From Tricharina praecox (taxonomy: Eukaryota), in contig NW_026250419.1 in assembly GCF_024521635.1 (NCBI RefSeq), positions 248,001-312,000 of the forward strand: a DNA stretch of 64,000 nucleotides, written 5' to 3'. The notes below the pieces were generated by a model. That model was not told the DNA's origin, did not search any database, and saw nothing but the letters and a program-made list of their open reading frames with translations. Numbering within the stretch: the stretch's first letter is position 1; each line of letters opens with the position of its first letter. The position numbers were made by a program, and so were the translations under genes. Shown piece after piece: positions 63,060 through 64,000 of this stretch.

Positions 63060-63458
63060 CACGCACACGCACACGAGGAGACGAGGGACATACCCGCGCT
63101 TCACACCCTCAACCTGTAAATCCACCCACCAGACTCCGCTCACGCCGAGTATACACCACAGCCACACCTTCCGGATAAACGAGCCCACGGGCAGCCAATT
63201 CACGATCAGCAGGTACGGTGCAACCACCGAGATGAAGAACGGTAGGCGGAAGAGGAATATGAAGAAGCCATATGTGCTCTGGAACCATGACTGTGGGCCG
63301 TGGATTGGTAGGAACGGCGCGATCTGGGTGCCTGCATGAAAAAACATATTAGCTATTACTCCAACCCCCGCCTCCCCTGCTGGCTGCCAGCTGCTATGGA
63401 TGGGGTCGGTCCGCTCCACCAACATACCCCGATCACGGAAGCCTGAGAACTTCTCCAT
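62253..63458 (-). CDS. LOA1: Lysophosphatidic acid acyltransferase (Loa1/Vps66-like), ~329 aa
   Basis: Exons 63458-63428, 63331-63094, 62973-62253. MEKFSGFRDRGTQIAPFLP N-terminus, TM segment, TSPLD motif I, VFPEATPTNGRGIL motif III, C-terminal LGVKEKIEF. Confidence 0.88.
63008..63074. repeat. (CA)n microsatellite in LOA1 intron 2
   Basis: Long CA run, interrupted by CG variants near its right end. Confidence 0.9.
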
Positions 63459-64000
63459 TGTTGTGGGTGGGTGCGTGCGTGTGTATGGAAGCGCGATTGT
63501 TCGTGGTTGTGTTTGTGTTGTGTTTGTGCTCGAGATATGTATCCGTGTCGTGTTGATGGAGACAGGCGTGTGTGTGGGGAGTGTCAGTTGCGGATCATCC
63601 TGTAAGTAAAGTGGTTGGCTGTGTTGTCGTTTTGTTGCGTGTTCCTCCGCTCGCTCGTCCGTCCAGTGATCCCCTGCCGTCTGATCTGTCCGCCACGCAA
63701 GAGCCGCACCGAGCACTGCTGCACGCTCTGCACTGCATTGCCCGAATCTGCAGGTGCCCCCAGCTTGATTATCACATGCTCCTCTCCGCCTTTTCTGTAC
63801 TCTAGTCTTGTGTGGTTACCTGGCAACGGCAGGCACATTCCACACACCAAAAAAACAACAACCGGTACTCCAAGTACCGGTACCACTACCCCAGCGTCAT
63901 CCATTAGGTAACCCCTTCTACTCTCCCTTCCACTCCCCGCGATGCCCCAGGCCGGCATGCTATACACGGCCCTGTCCACGAGCACGATCTGGACCGTCGG

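Overview
Intron-rich, microsatellite-rich DNA from a filamentous ascomycete (Pezizomycotina; the exact taxon cannot be fixed from sequence alone). I built spliced models (GT..AG introns, mostly with CTRAY-type branch points, frame-consistent) for 13 protein-coding genes: an ENT/FUN26-like nucleoside transporter, MED20, a Zn2Cys6 transcription factor, mitoribosomal S19, TAF10, TVP15, an aldehyde dehydrogenase, a PNPOx-like FMN-binding protein, the inositol polyphosphate kinase KCS1, a conserved-looking protein of unknown function, a Myb/SANT-like protein, a CZIB/DUF866 zinc protein and the acyltransferase LOA1/VPS66. There is also one intron-containing tRNA-Arg(ACG). Family assignments are by motif recognition, not database search. 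Most notable: (i) two adjacent non-autonomous TIR elements, one with a perfect 26-bp internal palindrome and RIP-like TIR differences, just upstream of the tRNA gene; (ii) the unknown-function gene sits alone between ~13 kb and ~9.7 kb with no recognisable genes and has an exitron-like 209-nt intron open in both flanking frames; (iii) several splice, uORF and tandem-repeat oddities. I found no secondary-metabolite cluster, CRISPR array or intact transposase, and no clear multi-gene novel system.
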